A program made the translations under genes and the position numbers. Shown here piece by piece: positions 60,356-64,000 of a stretch of DNA of 64,000 nt. Numbering within the stretch: the stretch's first letter is position 1; each line of letters starts with the position of its first letter. This stretch comes from the human T2T-CHM13v2.0 reference genome, Homo sapiens: NCBI RefSeq assembly GCF_009914755.1, contig NC_060931.1. One strand, written 5' to 3'. The notes below the pieces were generated by a model. That model was not told the DNA's origin, did no database searches, and worked only from the letters and a program-made list of their open reading frames with translations.

Positions 60356-61160
60356 TCAAGGACCACTTTAGAAGTATAATCTTTAACCTATTGTATCTGC
60401 TACCACAGTAAAAGAATGAAAGTTATCCAAAATAAGTAATTAAAATATTTTACTGTGTCATTTTATAATACCATGAAATCTCAAAGGGAAATAAGAAAAA
60501 AAATTATGTTTCCAAGGCACAAAAATATATCAAAAAGTAGAGATTAGGAAGAATACAAGTCCAATGGAACATCTCCAGTCCACTCTAAAATTAGAGTTTA
60601 AAACAGAGTTGTAGGTTCAAATATATCTGTTTTATTTTGTTAAATAGGTTTAATTACAAAACAATACCTGGCTGATAGAAAAAGTTTCCTTCCGGTTGCA
60701 TTTAAATAGAAATAGAAAAGCTCAAAGTATTGAATAGAAAGAATATTTGTGATTGGAGAAAACAAAGAACTTCATTAAGCGGTAAAGAAGACACGTTGAA
60801 GAAGCAAAGGATAAATGTAACGATTATAAAATTAAGCAGTAATGGGCTGTATTCAGCTCCTACTTTTCAATATCATCTACTTAGCAGCCCTGAAGCAGCC
60901 TTTCCCAATTTTTAATTAAAATGCCTTTAAAAACACAGAAAAATAATAAAATCCATAACTCCATGGAAAACCAGGACCAACAGTCAATCTATTTCTAGAT
61001 AGAATTGGGAGATTTTCCCCTACGGGGTCAATGGAACAAATAGCTCACTTGGGCTGAAAGTAGACAGATATTATTCTTCCTCTCCAGTGTTTTGTCTCCA
61101 GTTCAAAGTATGTATCACCAGAAACTTGAGCAGTTAGCCCATCTCCTGCAAAAACGTTCC

Positions 61161-61425
<265 letters not shown>

Positions 61426-61758
61426 CTAATGTTCCTTTTTAAAGGCCATCAGAGTGCAATTTCCCTTGCCCCAAACTCCACGTCTCCTCACCCAAATCAG
61501 GGGCTCTTTTTCCAACATTCAATCGGAACCTGCCATTCTCAAAAAATATCGAACCCAAGTAGATGGACTGGACGGTCTGGAGTCCGGGAGTAGGATGCAC
61601 CTTGAAAGGTGAAACCCTAAGGAAGGGTTATTATTTTATTCATTTACTTATGAGTAATGAGTAAAGATGAGCTTTTGTAGTGAGCTGTGGGTATGGTTTC
61701 ACTTCCTACACTTGTTAGAACCTCAGGCTTTGGGAGTGAAAGACATCATCTCTTGTAG

Positions 61759-62118
<360 letters not shown>

Positions 62119-62299
62119 TAAAAGCTGCATTCACTGAAGCTCTAAGAAGGGTGTTTGACCCAGTACGTAAGTTAACACCATAGGCAATGCACATATTCAA
62201 CCATTAGTACGTACCATGACTAAACATATCTCCCTCCTGTCAAGGACAAGGAAAGAGACCCCCCGCAGTGACCACCACGTGCAAAATGCGTAAATAACA

Positions 62300-62592
<293 letters not shown>

Positions 62593-62693
62593 TTTGTAAA
62601 ATCATAATAGAAGACCTGATGAAACAAAAACGCATAATAAGTGGGAAAGGATTTCACTACCTAGACTAAAAGGAGGAGCAATAAAAGAGGAAA

Positions 62694-63044
<351 letters not shown>

Positions 63045-63492
63045 TGATCCGGGAATGCAAAGCCAAAAGAGAAAAGGCTGAGATGGAAACACAACAAAAT
63101 AAGAAGGAAACTAAGCAAGATAAGAAAAATGTACTGAGAGATTTAAAACATTATTGGGCAAAGAGAGTGAACATTTTGTTAACTATTATATTGCCAAGGC
63201 CTAACACATCAGATCTATAGGGTACTAATCTGTATTCCAAAAATTGCCTAGGCAAAGCACAGAAAGGTCATTACTTCATATCCTAAATACTAGAATATGC
63301 TGGGCTCTGTGTAAAAATAGTCCTCTATTAGTAGGTTAATATATCTTGATTTTTCTGATAATCTGATCATCTAATCACAAGCTATTGGATTATGATTCAC
63401 CTCATTAATAACGAACAATTCACATTGCTGATACATTGGATGTAGTTGGGTAAAATAGGAACAGCTACAAAACAGAATCAAGTTCATTAGAT

Positions 63493-64000
<508 letters not shown>

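Noticed and set aside
61501-61608. 108-bp segment with an open frame on both strands and four CpGs (GSFSNIQSEPAILKKYRTQVDGLDGLESGSRMHLE)
   Set aside because: Isolated, weak splice sites, ambiguous strand and no recognised protein; a tblastn would settle it

Overview
Primate, most likely human, genomic DNA. It is repeat-dense (about 45 Alus plus LTR, L1/L2 and DNA-transposon relics), with no intact recognisable protein-coding gene and no CpG island. Most long ORFs in the track are Alu- or simple-repeat artefacts. The non-repeat signal lies mainly at 8.6-40.2 kb. (1) A chain of up to eight phase-compatible GT-AG exon-like segments on the + strand (23.5-29.6 kb) reads as a decayed protein with six stop codons, next to a perfect RFX X-box. 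This is a possible unitary pseudogene of a ciliary or sperm gene, which I cannot name. (2) At least six locally templated copies of unique sequence occur here. They include an A-(AD)rc-D template-switch scar that mirrors one exon onto the opposite strand, an inverted Alu-plus-flank copy pasted into a neighbouring Alu, and an inverted copy pasted into a THE1 LTR. Other structure: an 11-bp-period ETS-core tandem array (51.8-52.4 kb), a 232-bp G/A tract inside a MER4 LTR, two MADE1 MITEs and a twin-primed L1PB1. Repeat subfamily names come from remembered consensus sequences, all alignments were made by eye, and repeat boundaries are approximate.
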